Shown: one piece after another, positions 29,396-39,106 of the stretch
Position numbering within the stretch: position 1 is the first letter of the stretch
Layout of the letters: each line of letters begins with the position of its first letter
From: a virus
Taxonomy: Duplodnaviria; Heunggongvirae; Uroviricota; Caudoviricetes
IMG/VR virus record: IMGVR_UViG_3300034095_001584
Length of the DNA: 64,000 nucleotides
Reading direction: 5' to 3' (one strand)
Program-made: the position numbers and the translations under genes
The notes under the pieces: model-generated
Told to the model about the DNA's origin: nothing
Database searches by the model: none
What the model saw: the letters and a program-made list of their open reading frames with translations, nothing else

Positions 29396-30835
29396 TTACT
29401 TAATTTTAAGAGGTTGATATACTTTTACATACACTTCTTTTCCTTTTACCTTCACTGTATCTATATAATAGTAATCAATTAGATTGTTTGTTTTATTATA
29501 TATACTTTCACTTACTAAAATTTTGGTATTATATTGTTTATTTGATGCTTCTAATCTGGAGGCTAAATTAACTGGATCTCCAGTAACAGTATAATTGATA
29601 CGGTTGGTTGAACCAATATTACCCACAATAACTTCACCAGAATTGATACCTATTCTGGTTTTGAATGTAAATTTCTTACCTTCACTTTTCCATTTTTGAT
29701 TCAACGCATCAATCTCATTAACAATTTTGATTGCAGTTTTGACTGAGACAAATTCATGGTTTTCAACTTTACTTGGTGCATTCCAAAATGCCATCACAGC
29801 ATCACCAATGAATTTATCAACAGTTGCTCCACTTTCTTCTAAACATTTTACATAGATATCAAAATATTCATTTAATGATGTAACAACTTCATGTACATCA
29901 TTATTTTCTGATATGGATGTAAATCCTTCAATGTCACTGAATAATATTGTTACATATTCTTTTTCCCCACCAATTTTTGCATCTTTACCTTGTGTAATCA
30001 GTTGTTTTACAACTTTATCTGGTACATACTTAGCAAATGATCTTAAACCCGTTTTAACTTTATCAGTTGCTTCAATCATATCATTCACCTCAGTAATATT
30101 ACTCTTGAAGTCAATGTGTTCATTTACATCCAAATCTTTTAACTTGAGAATTTCATCTCTTACTTTATATAATGGTTTTCTAATTGCATTGGTTACCCAA
30201 AATACAATGGGCAATATCACAGAAAACATACCAATGAATACAAATGTAAATTTGATTTTATAAACTCTTATATAATAATCAGCATCAACAGACTTAATAT
30301 CACTACATACAGCATAAATTAACTTACCATTCTTAAATACAGGCTTATAAGCAGATAAAAATGTACCCCATTTATCTGTATAATAATCACTTTCAAAATG
30401 TATTTCATCCTTTAGATTTTTAAACAACTCTTTTAATCCATCACCAGCATCATCATATACTTCTCCCAACTTAGCCTGTTCTGATACATCATCACCACAA
30501 TCCATTATATAAGTAATATTTGTGCCTGTTTGTCTTACTATATAAACAAACTTAATATTTTCTATTTGATTTTTAATACTTACTATTTGTTTTCTATAGT
30601 TAATAAATATTTCACTTTGTTCTTGTTCATACTTAGTAAGACTATCAATTTCATCTGGGTCAAGAATACTACTGCAAACATTTACAGATGTATGTAGACT
30701 TCTTTTTAAACTACTTTTTGCAATATCTTCAATAGCAAATATTAACAGAAAGAAATATACTACACTTACCAATGCCAAAATGAATATGGTACTGGTAGAT
30801 AATGCAAATCTTAAATTGAATTTAAGTCTTTTCAT
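29396..30835 (-). CDS. membrane-bound class III adenylate/guanylate cyclase with periplasmic sensor domain
   Basis: two TM helices flanking a ~170-aa extracytoplasmic domain, HAMP-like linker, CHD with ILFSDIEGFT, DKFIGDAVMAFW, TGDPVNLASRLE (Lys/Asp pair suggests ATP). Confidence 0.8.
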   Translation of the reverse strand: MKRLKFNLRFALSTSTIFILALVSVVYFFLLIFAIEDIAKSSLKRSLHTSVNVCSSILDPDEIDSLTKYEQEQSEIFINYRKQIVSIKNQIENIKFVYIVRQTGTNITYIMDCGDDVSEQAKLGEVYDDAGDGLKELFKNLKDEIHFESDYYTDKWGTFLSAYKPVFKNGKLIYAVCSDIKSVDADYYIRVYKIKFTFVFIGMFSVILPIVFWVTNAIRKPLYKVRDEILKLKDLDVNEHIDFKSNITEVNDMIEATDKVKTGLRSFAKYVPDKVVKQLITQGKDAKIGGEKEYVTILFSDIEGFTSISENNDVHEVVTSLNEYFDIYVKCLEESGATVDKFIGDAVMAFWNAPSKVENHEFVSVKTAIKIVNEIDALNQKWKSEGKKFTFKTRIGINSGEVIVGNIGSTNRINYTVTGDPVNLASRLEASNKQYNTKILVSESIYNKTNNLIDYYYIDTVKVKGKEVYVKVYQPLKIK

Positions 30836-31479
30836 AGTGATATCCTTAATCCAAATGAATAAGTGTATACAATACTATTGTCTGGAGAACTAAATGGTTT
30901 ATCTATTTCTCCTACGGTAAATATTCCTAAAAACTTATTTACATCGTAATCAAATCTAATCACACTACCATAATAACCATATCTATTATCATAATCAGCT
31001 GTTCCTACTACTGGTCTAAAATTAAAGTGTAGTTTTTCAGTAATATCCTTATTATAATCAAAGCTTAATACTGCTCTTGGAGTATTATTATAGGTTATCA
31101 TACTGAAATATATGGTTGGAGATACTATCCAATCATAACTTAGTGATGTATATGGTTCAAAGTAATGATCACCTACACTATAATAATAGTAATACCAACT
31201 ACCAGCGTCTAATGTTAGTTTATCTGTTAGTTTGTATTCACTACCCAATCCAAAGTCACTTTCTTTATATTGGTCCAAACCTTGGTATTGTATATAGTTA
31301 AGATGTGGCGTAAAATCACCTAGTTGATGGCTAAAAGTGTTCTCAGATACAAAAGTATTAACTGAGTATATTTGACCGTCAAATAAATAATTCTTTGTAT
31401 AATAATTTGAAGTTTCAAAGTCTAATGCAAATATCCTCCATGACATAAGCATAAAACTCATCAGCATTAATTTTTTCAT
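30832..31479 (-). CDS. signal-peptide protein, outer-membrane beta-barrel-like
   Basis: MKKLMLMSFMLMSWRIFA leader; alternating aromatic/hydrophilic strands; ATGA overlaps both neighbours. Confidence 0.4.
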   Translation of the reverse strand: MKKLMLMSFMLMSWRIFALDFETSNYYTKNYLFDGQIYSVNTFVSENTFSHQLGDFTPHLNYIQYQGLDQYKESDFGLGSEYKLTDKLTLDAGSWYYYYYSVGDHYFEPYTSLSYDWIVSPTIYFSMITYNNTPRAVLSFDYNKDITEKLHFNFRPVVGTADYDNRYGYYGSVIRFDYDVNKFLGIFTVGEIDKPFSSPDNSIVYTYSFGLRISL

Positions 31480-33251
31480 GTTTTTGTTGGTTGATTAGGC
31501 TCCGCCTTTTTAACTCTACTAGATGGAAATGCTTTGTTACCAAAATCACTGCCGTGTAAACTATACAAATGCATAATTACACCGTGTTTTACAACTACAT
31601 CTCCCAAATCATTTACTAATACATATGGTGGACGGTCATATTTTAACATTACAGCTGAACTAACCAATAAATGATTAGTTTCACCCGCATCCATTACTCT
31701 TTGAGCATAATTGATACCATCACCACTAATATTTAAATTACCGTTGATGTCCTCCATTGGAATCACTGATCCACAATGTACACCCATTCTCATTTGTAAA
31801 TCTGGTCTATCCTTTACTGCCTTAGCTATAGCAATAGCACAATTCATGGCATCTTCCAAATAGGTAAAGAATCCCAATACCATACCGTCACCAGTAGGTA
31901 ATATAATTAACTTTTCAAGAGCATTAGCTGTTTTGTATTGCATTGTAGACTTGACCAATGCACCCAAGTCTTTACAAGCCTTCTTTTGTTCATCTGTTGT
32001 TTTCTTACTGTAAGCAACAATGTCCATAAAGAATATGTAACCTTCTTGTTCCACATCCAATTGTAGTCTACTGGATTTGACTTCTATATCAACTTGTTCA
32101 ACTTTCTTGACAATTTGTTTGACTGGTTTAACAACTTCTACCTTCTTTTCTTCTTTCTTTTCTACAACTGGTATATCTTTAAGTTTCAAGAAATCTTTCC
32201 AGTTAATCTTCTTTGCTGGTGCATCTTTCTTTTTTGGTTCTTTTGCAGCTTGTTCTTGTTCATGTTTCTTTATTACAGCTTCTTCTTTTTCACGTTTTTC
32301 AATAAACATTGCAATTTGTTTCTTGACTTCATCTGTAATATAGATGGTTACATCTTTGCCGCCACCGCCTGTATCATGTTTCTTCTTTCTTTGAGCACCT
32401 TTGGATTGTAGATATGTTTGCATTTCTATATTTCCAGTCTTGAATGCAATGTCTAAAGGAGCAATTTCACCTTTAAAGTCTGCACCGTTAACATTTGCTC
32501 CCAAATGTACCAAAAACTCCACCATGTCAACGTCGTTAGCGTTAACGGCGTAGTGTAATGGCATCCAACCGTTCTTTTCATCTCTACCATTAACTTTACC
32601 GTCTTTATCAAAGAATGATTGTACACCTTCAAAATCACCAGTTTCTGCACAGAAATGAATACTAACACCACCTGCGGATTTAGCACCGTACTTATTCAAT
32701 AATTTAACTATTTCACCTCTATTGGTGTTGGATAATACATCAATAGGATTGTTTTTACCCAAGAAATCTTTCTTGTTGACATCTGCGCCCTTGATAATTA
32801 GATATTCAACCAAGTGTTTTTGACCGTAATTTACGGCATAATGTAGTGCAGTCCAACCTTTACCAGCGTCAACTTCATTGATATCACAACCTTTACTCAA
32901 CATTTCTTCAATAGAAACAATATCACCATTCTTTGCAGCTAAGTGAAAACTACTACCACTACTGTATTTTGCACCTCTTTGTTGTAATACTTCCGCAATA
33001 GGTTTGAAACCTTTTTGTTCAGCTACATCTAGTGCGGTATTTTTACTGGTCCAATCTTTGCAATTGGCATCTGCACCGTGATTTAATAGTAATCTGACAA
33101 TTTCTATTTGATTTTCTTCTACAGCAACAACCAATGGTGGATTACCAGTGTCATCATCTCTTTGATTAACATCAATCTTTTCTTTTTCTATACAGTTATA
33201 GACATTATCATATAACCCTCTACGTATATGTGTAAAAATATTAATTGCCAT
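31476..33251 (-). CDS. ankyrin-repeat protein fused to C-terminal class III nucleotidyl cyclase domain
   Basis: about 7 ANK repeats (GNPPLVVAV...LLNHGADAN...), Lys-rich linker, then FFMDIVAYSK, PTGDGMVLGF, SGDGINYAQR cyclase motifs. Confidence 0.8.
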   Translation of the reverse strand: MAINIFTHIRRGLYDNVYNCIEKEKIDVNQRDDDTGNPPLVVAVEENQIEIVRLLLNHGADANCKDWTSKNTALDVAEQKGFKPIAEVLQQRGAKYSSGSSFHLAAKNGDIVSIEEMLSKGCDINEVDAGKGWTALHYAVNYGQKHLVEYLIIKGADVNKKDFLGKNNPIDVLSNTNRGEIVKLLNKYGAKSAGGVSIHFCAETGDFEGVQSFFDKDGKVNGRDEKNGWMPLHYAVNANDVDMVEFLVHLGANVNGADFKGEIAPLDIAFKTGNIEMQTYLQSKGAQRKKKHDTGGGGKDVTIYITDEVKKQIAMFIEKREKEEAVIKKHEQEQAAKEPKKKDAPAKKINWKDFLKLKDIPVVEKKEEKKVEVVKPVKQIVKKVEQVDIEVKSSRLQLDVEQEGYIFFMDIVAYSKKTTDEQKKACKDLGALVKSTMQYKTANALEKLIILPTGDGMVLGFFTYLEDAMNCAIAIAKAVKDRPDLQMRMGVHCGSVIPMEDINGNLNISGDGINYAQRVMDAGETNHLLVSSAVMLKYDRPPYVLVNDLGDVVVKHGVIMHLYSLHGSDFGNKAFPSSRVKKAEPNQPTKT

Positions 33252-33359
33252 AATTTATTTTGCGTTATTATTATCATTGACACTATGAATTAATAACAAA
33301 TTATGGAAACAAAACCCGTCAATTAAGTTAGTATAAGTATGTTAAATAAACGTGATTAG

Positions 33360-33791
33360 TTAATCATTTTTTTTAAATCTACTTAGATCCAAGTTTGGAA
33401 GTGGTTTTTCTATATTAAGACCTGCTAATCTTTCATTTTGTACTACCAATTTGTTGCCACTTACAACTTTTCCATCTACTACGTCATAAATAAAGAATAC
33501 TGTTTTGGTAAGTCCTACACGAACAATTCTGCCTGGTTTACCATCAACATATACTACGTCATCTTCTTTATAATCTGACCCAATAAACATAAACAATGCG
33601 GCAGCTAACTTTTCAATGCTTGATTTGAACATCAATACAACTAAACCAGCCAAGAACATCCAGACATATTTGCCTGTCATATCTTGAGCAGTGTTTTCCA
33701 ATACTTGTTGAGAAATTACATGAGTTACGTTGGTGTCTATCATAAGTTTATAATAAATATTATAATAAATAGCATAACGTTCAAGAAACAA
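33360..33791 (-). CDS. small membrane protein (weak MscS-beta-domain-like region)
   Basis: TM segment KYVWMFLAGLVVLMF; VDGKPGRIVRVGLTKTVF. Confidence 0.4.
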   Translation of the reverse strand: MFLERYAIYYNIYYKLMIDTNVTHVISQQVLENTAQDMTGKYVWMFLAGLVVLMFKSSIEKLAAALFMFIGSDYKEDDVVYVDGKPGRIVRVGLTKTVFFIYDVVDGKVVSGNKLVVQNERLAGLNIEKPLPNLDLSRFKKND

Positions 33792-33813
33792 AAAAACCGT
33801 GTTTTATCACGGT
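33786..33813 (-). terminator. rho-independent terminator
   Basis: aaccgtg/cacggtt stem with T-run on minus strand. Confidence 0.5.
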
Positions 33814-33934
33814 TTTGTACTACATTTATGATGATTTTTTCTTATCTTTTTTTGGCCCCCAATTAATATTGTCATAATTGGAGTTGTATATTTTTTTATT
33901 CACTGGGCGTGGTTTATCGCCTTTTCCTGCACCA

Positions 33935-34918
33935 TTACTTTTCATATTGTATATGTTCCTTTACTTTTACAACGTCATTAAATAAAATTGTGCCGTCTAT
34001 CACTATTTTTAGATTATATTCCTTTTTATTAATATCTAATTTTATTGATTGTCTTAATTCATTTACTTTAATTTGTTTAACACTATCATCTATTATCATA
34101 TAACATTCATATTCAAAAGATTTTTTATTATCAATTATGATGTGATTGTTAAAATTTAAATCTGGTATAATTATAAAATAAAAATGATCAATTTGATTAA
34201 ATAAATCATGACTTTCATGGCTGTTCTTTAACTCGGAATTTCCATTCAAATAAACTGTTTTTTTGTAAAGATCTTCACCTGGAAATTGATGAAAATTAAT
34301 ATTATGTTTTACTAACAATTGATGAATTCTATTTTCAAATAAAAAATCTAATTTTTCATGAATAAAATAATCATCTATAGTATTATATAATGAAAATATC
34401 TTATCTGCCGTTTCGATTGACATACTAAATATATTAAGAACATGATACGAAAAATATATTACACAGTCTTTTTCATCTAATATTTTATTATGTTCATCTA
34501 ATATATCTGATTGGCCAATCAAAACGTCATAATCTATAATATGGAGTTTCTTATATTTTTTATTTTTTATTAAAGCAACTGAGTTTTGTATCAATGTCCA
34601 TATTGCATATGCATGTACTATGACATCTGGATCTAAGTATGTATAATTATACGAAATTTTATGATTATTTATACAGTCCCATTGCCAAATGCCTATATTG
34701 TATTTTGTAAATCCACCATTCTTATTCGTCAGTACATCATTGTTATGATCGTAACAATAGTAGTCTACCATTTTTTGTATATCAAATGGTAAAGGATAAT
34801 GTGATGTAATAAGAATATCCTTGTTTTTTTCTTTTAAATCAATAATACATTTTTTTAATAAATCAACCTTTTTTTCATTATTACAATATGCCATTACGAT
34901 ACACAAATCATTGTTCAT
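33935..34918 (-). CDS. hypothetical protein (possibly glycosyltransferase-like)
   Basis: 327-aa ORF. Confidence 0.45.
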   Translation of the reverse strand: MNNDLCIVMAYCNNEKKVDLLKKCIIDLKEKNKDILITSHYPLPFDIQKMVDYYCYDHNNDVLTNKNGGFTKYNIGIWQWDCINNHKISYNYTYLDPDVIVHAYAIWTLIQNSVALIKNKKYKKLHIIDYDVLIGQSDILDEHNKILDEKDCVIYFSYHVLNIFSMSIETADKIFSLYNTIDDYFIHEKLDFLFENRIHQLLVKHNINFHQFPGEDLYKKTVYLNGNSELKNSHESHDLFNQIDHFYFIIIPDLNFNNHIIIDNKKSFEYECYMIIDDSVKQIKVNELRQSIKLDINKKEYNLKIVIDGTILFNDVVKVKEHIQYEK

Positions 34919-35291
34919 AAAATGACTGATATCCTTTCTCTACTGTGTTAAAAAACTCTCCACTCTTAACCAAATCTTCAGTTAAAATAGTGTCACTCTT
35001 CATAAAGTATGAATTTTGATGTTTAATCCAAAATCCTCCAGATTCATCTTTTTCATATCCTATGAAAACAATATTAAACAATTGTTCATCAATATATGGA
35101 CTCAATTCAGGATGTCCTTCTGGAATATAAAAAATACTCTCCGTTGACCATTGATTGTTTTCACGGATACAAATACATAGTTGAATGTCTTGTGTATCAC
35201 TTACTTTGGCTTTAAACGCAAATGCGTTTGGTTTTTCAATTGTATTACTCATATTTTTCAGCACATTTGCTACAAAGTTGACCGGCACCAT
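34908..35291 (-). CDS. hypothetical protein
   Basis: 127-aa ORF. Confidence 0.45.
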   Translation of the reverse strand: MVPVNFVANVLKNMSNTIEKPNAFAFKAKVSDTQDIQLCICIRENNQWSTESIFYIPEGHPELSPYIDEQLFNIVFIGYEKDESGGFWIKHQNSYFMKSDTILTEDLVKSGEFFNTVEKGYQSFYEQ

Positions 35292-35459
35292 CTACATAGT
35301 TGTATCTATAATCTACGTGTTTGTCTTTGGTTTCATTTGTTTCAACTCCACATACAACACATTCATCCATTTCAGTTAATACTTTAAAGTCATTATTATC
35401 TAACTTTTTAATTGTTTTATTCATAGTTAATCACCTTTCTTTAGTCTATAACTATATTT

Positions 35460-36023
35460 TCAATCCCACAATTGTTGATAATACTCCGCAAACAATTTCA
35501 TTCCTTTTTTACGGCGTTTTTCTAATTCTTTAGATTTTTTCAAATACTCAGCCCAAGCTTGTTTTTGTTCTGGTGTTTTTTCACGGTTAATATTTTTAAA
35601 GTAATCATCCATATTAACACGCACATACATAACTGGAGGAATTGGATTGAACTTTTCTTCATCATGCATATATTCAAATGTCCAAATCAATTCATCCAAA
35701 ATTTCATGCCACCGTTCAGGTGTAATATCTGGTGGATGTGTATGAACATTGATCTTCTTGAAATGCTTTAGTCTAGGAAGAATAAAATTTGTAAGTGTCC
35801 AGTCCAAACTCCAACATTCACTATCACTTACACCATAACGCATGCGTTGATAGGTACTAATAATCCAACGTTTTACATCATAATACTTGTAATAGATACG
35901 CCAACCATAGGCAAGGTGGTCTAATATCCAATCACCATATTTATTGGTTCTATACCATGGTTCCAATGAAGTAGCTTCAGCTTTCTCCAAACTTTCATTG
36001 ATTTTTTTGACGTTAAGATCCAT
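35460..36023 (-). CDS. hypothetical protein
   Basis: 187-aa ORF. Confidence 0.5.
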   Translation of the reverse strand: MDLNVKKINESLEKAEATSLEPWYRTNKYGDWILDHLAYGWRIYYKYYDVKRWIISTYQRMRYGVSDSECWSLDWTLTNFILPRLKHFKKINVHTHPPDITPERWHEILDELIWTFEYMHDEEKFNPIPPVMYVRVNMDDYFKNINREKTPEQKQAWAEYLKKSKELEKRRKKGMKLFAEYYQQLWD

Positions 36024-36103
36024 ATTTTTTACTTTACTCTAGATTTTTAAATTGTCAAACAAAAAAACTAAAGATACACTTATTGAATTGATTATAGATA
36101 TTT

Positions 36104-36319
36104 ATGAATATGAACAAAATTGCATCTACAATTAAAGGAGAGTTTTATGGTATGGATGTAACAATTATTAGTAAAAAAACAATAAGGGTTATGAATTATG
36201 ATAATGTTCCAATCAAAGAGTTTAAACCATACGTTGATAAAATTGCTCAATACCTAATTGATGAAGGATTTGTAACTGAACTAATTCCTAGAGTTGAAGT
36301 AGTAGTTCCTAAAGGTTAA
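36104..36319 (+). CDS. hypothetical small protein
   Basis: 71-aa ORF. Confidence 0.4.
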   Translation: MNMNKIASTIKGEFYGMDVTIISKKTIRVMNYDNVPIKEFKPYVDKIAQYLIDEGFVTELIPRVEVVVPKG

Positions 36320-36668
36320 ATACATCAAGTTTTGGATGCGCATATCCAAACTTTTTAATTAACTGACCAGCAACCGCATTTGCTTCATCTTCAATTGGTC
36401 CACCAATATCTTTGACGTTTTGGTTTAACTTTTTATTCTGATTTTGTTGATGATGTACCAATTCATGAGCCGCACTTCTCATAATATCAATTAAAGCTCT
36501 ACCTTTCTTATAAACTGCCAATTCTCCTGTATGTGGATTGTAATAAGCAGTTGTCTTAAACTTACTACGGTCATTTGATAATACAACCTTATATGGATTA
36601 GTAATACCCAATTCACTGGCAACAAATTTAGTAAACAATAAAAATGCGTATTTTTGTTTCTTAGTCAT
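36309..36668 (-). CDS. small HExxH-motif protein (putative zinc metallopeptidase-like)
   Basis: AAHELVHHQQ. Confidence 0.4.
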   Translation of the reverse strand: MTKKQKYAFLLFTKFVASELGITNPYKVVLSNDRSKFKTTAYYNPHTGELAVYKKGRALIDIMRSAAHELVHHQQNQNKKLNQNVKDIGGPIEDEANAVAGQLIKKFGYAHPKLDVFNL

Positions 36669-36683
36669 TTACTATAAATATAA

Positions 36684-36716
36684 ACAAAAAACTCCACAGA
36701 TTATTAATTCTGTGGA
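36684..36716 (-). terminator. rho-independent terminator
   Basis: ctccacag...ctgtggag 8-bp stem, T-run on minus strand. Confidence 0.55.
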
Positions 36717-36745
36717 GTGTCATTTAAATAACTTTATTGATTAAA

Positions 36746-37063
36746 TCACTTGGCTTCAGTAGCTGGATCATTATCACTAGCAGCTTCCAAACGAGCAGCT
36801 TGTGAATTTACCAAATCAGCAGCAGCTTGTAGTGCTTCTTCAGTTGGATGTGGTGTATTCAATACTGTTACTGCATTATCAGTTGCGGCAGTCAAACGAT
36901 TCAATGCTTCTTGTAGATTAGTTAGTGCTGACATAATATTATTTAACCTTTCAATTTGTTGTTTATTACTCTCCAAAACAGCCATCAATAATTCTTTATT
37001 ATGACACTCATCACAACCAAATTTATCAACAACTGCTTTAAAAAACTGTTTTATCATACTCAT
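36746..37063 (-). CDS. Ala-rich coiled-coil protein
   Basis: 105-aa ORF. Confidence 0.5.
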   Translation of the reverse strand: MSMIKQFFKAVVDKFGCDECHNKELLMAVLESNKQQIERLNNIMSALTNLQEALNRLTAATDNAVTVLNTPHPTEEALQAAADLVNSQAARLEAASDNDPATEAK

Positions 37064-37074
37064 ATAAGTATCAT

Positions 37075-37314
37075 TTAGCCATTCAAAACTTTATTACATC
37101 CCTGTGACAAAGCTAGAATTTCATCCAAACTCTCCTTGACTCTAATTGGATGCGTTGAATTATTTTTGGTAAAAATTAAACAGTGAACTACAGACTGTTC
37201 TACATTAATTACCATATCCAAGTTAATTAACTGTGGATAATATTTTCTATTGTTCTGATTCTCCAGATCATCATGTCCAGGATCCAATACTGATAGTTTT
37301 ACAAAGTGTGCCAT
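37075..37314 (-). CDS. hypothetical small protein
   Basis: 79-aa ORF. Confidence 0.45.
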   Translation of the reverse strand: MAHFVKLSVLDPGHDDLENQNNRKYYPQLINLDMVINVEQSVVHCLIFTKNNSTHPIRVKESLDEILALSQGCNKVLNG

Positions 37315-37399
37315 ATAGTTTTTTATTTAGTGTTGATAAAATACTCTCACGATTTCAAATTTTGTCAATATTTATATTCAAATAACAATTTTATAAATT

Positions 37400-38032
37400 A
37401 TGAGCGCAACAATTACATGGAGAGTTGGGGTAATGGAATGTTATCCTACATACGACCAAAACATCGACGTAGTATTTACTGTACACTGGGACTGTTTAGG
37501 AGAGGAAACCGTAAGCGGAAGTACCTACAACGGTAGAGTTTATGGTTCAACTGGCGTAACCTTCCACTCTGGATCAGACTTTACACCATATGAAGATTTA
37601 ACACAACCACAAGTGCTTGGTTGGGTATGGGACGCAATGGGCTCCGGTTCAAAAGAAAATTATGAAGCCGCCGTTCAAGGCCAAATCAATAATCTAATAA
37701 ATCCTCCTGTTGTAACTCCTCCTCTACCTTGGAGCGCACCAACAATTGTTAATCAACCACAAAGTCTAACAGTTGATACAGGATCTACAGCAACCTTCAC
37801 TGTATCCGCAAGCGGTAAACCTACCCCAACATATCAATGGAGATTTAATGGTAATGAGTTAACAAGTGAAACTACCAATACTCTTGTAATCAATGACGTA
37901 CAAGATGTAAACACTGGATCATATGACGTTGTTGTTACTAATGACATCAGTTCAGTAACAAGTAATACCGCAACTCTAAGTGTTTATTACTATCCACCAC
38001 AACCAGAACCAACTGGTTCAATTGGTAACTAA
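37400..38032 (+). CDS. Ig-like (I-set/Hoc-like) domain protein, probable virion decoration or adhesin
   Basis: PTIVNQPQSLTVDTGSTATFTVSASGKPTPTYQWRFNGNEL...GSYDVVVTND...ATLSVY. Confidence 0.7.
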   Translation: MSATITWRVGVMECYPTYDQNIDVVFTVHWDCLGEETVSGSTYNGRVYGSTGVTFHSGSDFTPYEDLTQPQVLGWVWDAMGSGSKENYEAAVQGQINNLINPPVVTPPLPWSAPTIVNQPQSLTVDTGSTATFTVSASGKPTPTYQWRFNGNELTSETTNTLVINDVQDVNTGSYDVVVTNDISSVTSNTATLSVYYYPPQPEPTGSIGN

Positions 38033-38053
38033 TTTATAACCAAAAACAATAAA

Positions 38054-38081
38054 CCCCGTCAAATTAATGACGGGGTTTTTA
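38054..38081. terminator. bidirectional rho-independent terminator at convergent junction
   Basis: ccccgtc-aaattaat-gacgggg followed by TTTTTT, A-run before. Confidence 0.7.
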
Positions 38082-38086
38082 TTATC

Positions 38087-38518
38087 TTAATTATTATTTT
38101 CAACCACTCCATATCCAGAACCATATGGAGATGATTTACCAGATTCTGGATTGGATGTTTCTTTATTTAGTTGTATTGTTTTTGCTTTTGATGCCTCTTT
38201 ACGTTGTATAGCATAGTCTAAAGCAGTTTTTAACCTACTTTTAACATCTGGATCTTTTGCATTTTGATAAGCAGATCTAACTCTCTGATGTATAAGATTT
38301 ATAATTTGAGATTGTCTTTTGTGACTTTTTGATTTAAAAGCACTACTAGATAGTGTATCTTTAATGTCTTGTGATGTTCTAAATTTTACCCGAACCGTAT
38401 CCTTTGGATTTTCATCAGTATACAATCTTCTATCAGATCCTTTTGGCTTTTTACCAGTTCCAACTTTTGGATCTGATTCAGCTAAAATTTCATTTAAAAT
38501 GTCAATTAAACTAATCAT
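38087..38518 (-). CDS. basic protein with propeptide-like N-terminus MISLIDILNEILAE
   Basis: 143 aa, Lys/Arg-rich. Confidence 0.55.
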   Translation of the reverse strand: MISLIDILNEILAESDPKVGTGKKPKGSDRRLYTDENPKDTVRVKFRTSQDIKDTLSSSAFKSKSHKRQSQIINLIHQRVRSAYQNAKDPDVKSRLKTALDYAIQRKEASKAKTIQLNKETSNPESGKSSPYGSGYGVVENNN

Positions 38519-38805
38519 TTTGCTAACTCATCCAGTTTAGATTGCATCTTCATACCACGCTTAACTTCAGGAGTACCACCACTATCTCTATTAAAATAAC
38601 GCTTATAATTACTTAATGCTACATCCAATTTAGCTTTATCAATAGTCCCTTCAGATAACATTTTTTTTACCATTTCCAAATTATTAACCACTAATACATT
38701 GGTGTCATCAATAACTTCATCCATCAATTTTAAAAGAGATGGATCAACCACTTCTTTAACTTTTGCATTGTTTAAATCCTCAACAATTTTCTTTAACTTA
38801 ATCAT
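38515..38805 (-). CDS. hypothetical protein (N-terminus MIKLKKIVEDL)
   Basis: 96-aa ORF, ATGA overlap. Confidence 0.5.
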   Translation of the reverse strand: MIKLKKIVEDLNNAKVKEVVDPSLLKLMDEVIDDTNVLVVNNLEMVKKMLSEGTIDKAKLDVALSNYKRYFNRDSGGTPEVKRGMKMQSKLDELAK

Positions 38806-38850
38806 GATTATAAATAGTATACAAATTTATATATACTCTTTTTTTTAAAA

Positions 38851-38926
38851 TGGTGGACCGTGCTGGACTTGAACCAGCAACCGAAGAATTATGAGTTCTC
38901 TGCACAAACCATTATGCTAACGGTCC
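38851..38926 (-). tRNA. tRNA-Met/Ile2 (anticodon CAT), 76 nt, CCA encoded
   Basis: hand fold: GGACCGT/ACGGTCC acceptor, D stem GCAT/GTGC, anticodon loop CTCATAA, T arm GCTGG-TTCAAGT-CCAGC. Confidence 0.75.
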
Positions 38927-38949
38927 ATTAAAATTACTATTACTAAAAC

Positions 38950-39025
38950 TGGAGCGATATCTCGGACTTGCACCGGCCTTGTGGACTGGAAGGTCTACCG
39001 TGCTCCTCATAGACACTAATATCGC
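38950..39025 (-). tRNA. irregular tRNA-like gene, anticodon unresolved
   Basis: perfect 7-bp acceptor GCGATAT/ATATCGC plus CCA; D arm GTG-N10-CAC like its neighbour; weak T stem; no clean anticodon stem. Confidence 0.3.
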
Positions 39026-39033
39026 ATTAAAAA

Positions 39034-39106
39034 TGGAGCGGGTCCGAACTTTGCATTTCGCCTTTTAGTCTGGTAGACTAACGTGCTCTCTTTACACCTG
39101 ACCCGC
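39034..39106 (-). tRNA. tRNA-like gene, 73 nt, anticodon read as ACC (Gly?) - uncertain
   Basis: acceptor GCGGGTC/GACCCGC, T70, CCA; anticodon stem TTAGT/ACTAA with loop CTACCAG; 4-bp T stem with 8-nt loop ATGCAAAG. Confidence 0.4.

Noticed and set aside
38950-39025. Assigning an anticodon to the irregular tRNA-like gene (I tried CTT/Lys and 9-nt loop folds)
   Set aside because: No consistent anticodon stem can be drawn by hand. Kept as a low-confidence tRNA-like feature without identity.
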